Assembly (NCBI GenBank): GCA_035221665.1
Contig: CM069147.1
Location: forward strand, 47,244,001-47,308,000
Source of the DNA: Okamejei kenojei
Lineage: Eukaryota
DNA length: 64,000 nt
Reading direction: 5' to 3'
The position numbers and the translations under genes are program-made. The first letter of the stretch is position 1. Each line of letters begins with the position of its first letter. Shown here piece by piece: positions 62,075-64,000 of this stretch. Below the pieces are notes generated by a model, which saw only the letters and a list, made by a program, of their open reading frames with translations, had not been told where the DNA came from and ran no database searches.

Positions 62075-62680
62075 ACATAAAAGATTGCAGATGCTGGAAT
62101 CTGGAGCAGAAGGAAACTGCTAGAGGAACTCGGTGGGGGTGGGGGGGGGGGGGGTGGGGGGGGGGGGGGGGGGTAGGGGGTTAAACAGCCACCATGGGGA
62201 TAGAGGGATAGTTAAAGTTTCAGGTTGACACCCTGCATTGGGATGAGGGTAGAGTTAGCCATGAGCCTGCAGGTGATAGGTGAAAACAGTTGAGGAGGAG
62301 GATGATGATGGGCAGATGGAGTCAGCTAGGAGAAGGGGATAGGAAGTTTATTGTTTTAAATGTGTGGTGATGGGCAGATTGAACCAGGTTGGAGAAAGAA
62401 AGAAAAACTGTAGGTGAGGCAGCAGAATGGGGTTTGGAAAGATGGTTTGAGTGAATCTGGGTAGATCAGAAGGAAAGAGAGAGGAACGCAGGGTGACCTG
62501 TGATTAGAAAATTGAATGTTCATTCCATTTAGTTGTAGACTATTCCTCTGAAACATGAGATACTGTTCTAGTTTGCATTTGGCTTTGCCCTGGCAGTGGA
62601 AAATGCCAAGGGGCATGAAATGTCATGCAACTGAGAGCACAGATGCGTGCCAAGTGGTTAGCTAGTCTACAGTTGGTATT
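62075..62680 (-). mobile_element. Old Penelope-like fragment
   Basis: FHCQGKAKCKLEQYLMF..LQLNGMNIQFSN. Confidence 0.65.
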
Positions 62681-63349
62681 GCATTCAGCACCGGTGATCT
62701 GGCCTCCTACACGTTGGCAAAGCCAAGCATGATACAGCTTCAGGCTGTATAACTCTATAACATTATAACTCTATTGTATGCTGGGCCATTTCAAGTACAG
62801 AAGCACCATATTCCAATTGCCGTTCAAGATTTGGATATGAACGATGCAGTCATATTTTGTCGCAGAGGCAACTGGCCTTGACTAATGCTCTGTCATCTGC
62901 TGCTGCTGCTTTCAATCCTACATCTAGAGGGAGCTCTGAGAATGGACAACATGCAATAAATGGTTAGTTTCACCACGCAGCCTGAATGTGTTCCACAGAC
63001 TCACAGCAGTTCCTCATTCAGAGGCAGGTGGTGACGGCTGGGGTATCATGGGGATCAGTGCTTGGGCCCTTGCTTTTGTAGATGTATATCAATAATTTTG
63101 ATAAGGGAACCAAATGCAAAATGTATGTTTGCTGATAATAAATTTGATGCAAATGTGGAATATGTGGGAGATGCAAACACGTTTCAAGGTGATTTGAACC
63201 AGTTCAATGTGTGGTAAAATATAATGCAAATGCAGTGTAATACGAAATTATCCACATCAGGAGGCAGTTGATTAATCTGTAATAAGTGAATCCATTGGAA
63301 ACCATTCAGTAGCATTTTAAAAGGAATAAACTTGGTTCTTTATTTGCAG

Positions 63350-63436
63350 GTGTAGAATTTGCAAGGCTGAGCTTTTCATGGTGTTCCGAGAACTTCTCAC
63401 ATTTCTTTCTGAACAGAACTACCCAGTTTCCCTTCG
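63350..63436 (+). CDS. ADAT1: ADAT1 penultimate coding exon (gene continues past window)
   Basis: TTGCAG|(R)CRICKAELFMVFRELLTFLSEQNYPVSL(R)|GTAGGT; 87 nt. Confidence 0.93.
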
Positions 63437-64000
63437 GTAGGTCATAATTTCAGAGGCAAAATATAGAACTATTCATAAAACTTATTCAAATGTAACTGAA
63501 ATACAAGCAATATAATATTTAAGTGTATTCAGTAGTGGACTGTTTAACAAAGGAATCCATTACATTAATTCAAGTTTACTTTATAAAACAAAGATTTGAA
63601 TACTGTAAAATATTATGATGCAAGAATATTACACCTGTTATGATATTACATTCAATTCAAATTTTGAGGGAGCAGAATGCTGACCAGTGGCTTTACTTGT
63701 GTTAGCCAAAAAGTACATGGACAATTACATGAAAAATATAGCCCCGTAAAAATGAAATTCATGATTTCTCTCTGAAAGTAAGTTTAAATGTCACAGTGCG
63801 TGTATAAATTTTCAACGTGTTGAGATAAGTACAGAGAATTTACTGATGAAAATGTGTGTGTGAATGGTACAAATTTACCTAACTACTTTCCACCTTGCCT
63901 CTTGCAAAGATGCAATTCCTCCATTTCTGCCACAGTATAGGAGCAGGGAGGTTCTACTGCAGTTGTACAGTGTTTTGGTGAGACCACACCTGGAGTATTG

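Overview
Vertebrate genomic DNA, most likely from a skate or ray (inferred from HE1-like V-SINEs, CR1 LINEs and abundant Penelope-like elements). Two + strand housekeeping genes of tRNA metabolism lie in tandem. The last nine coding exons of cytosolic/mitochondrial lysyl-tRNA synthetase KARS1 span 2966-23967 and include one GC-AG intron. Eight coding exons of tRNA adenosine-37 deaminase ADAT1 span 42881-63436; the last exon lies beyond the window. Splice phases were checked by hand and give continuous reading frames. A GC-rich candidate ADAT1 promoter/5'UTR exon near 36.1-36.76 kb contains a 12 x 39-bp minisatellite of NRF1-like motifs. The rest is a dense and diverse set of transposon relics: CR1, RTE, Rex/Babar, Hero, Vingi-like and L1 LINEs; Penelope-like elements with hammerhead-ribozyme-like cores; V-SINEs and Deu-SINEs; an IR/DR Tc1 with nested elements; PIF/Harbinger derivatives; and four non-autonomous Helitrons. 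No clearly novel protein-coding system was found. The best leads are the hammerhead-bearing fold-back repeats, the promoter VNTR, the Helitrons and several tiny structured insertions. Repeat-family names are assigned from recognised motifs, not database searches.
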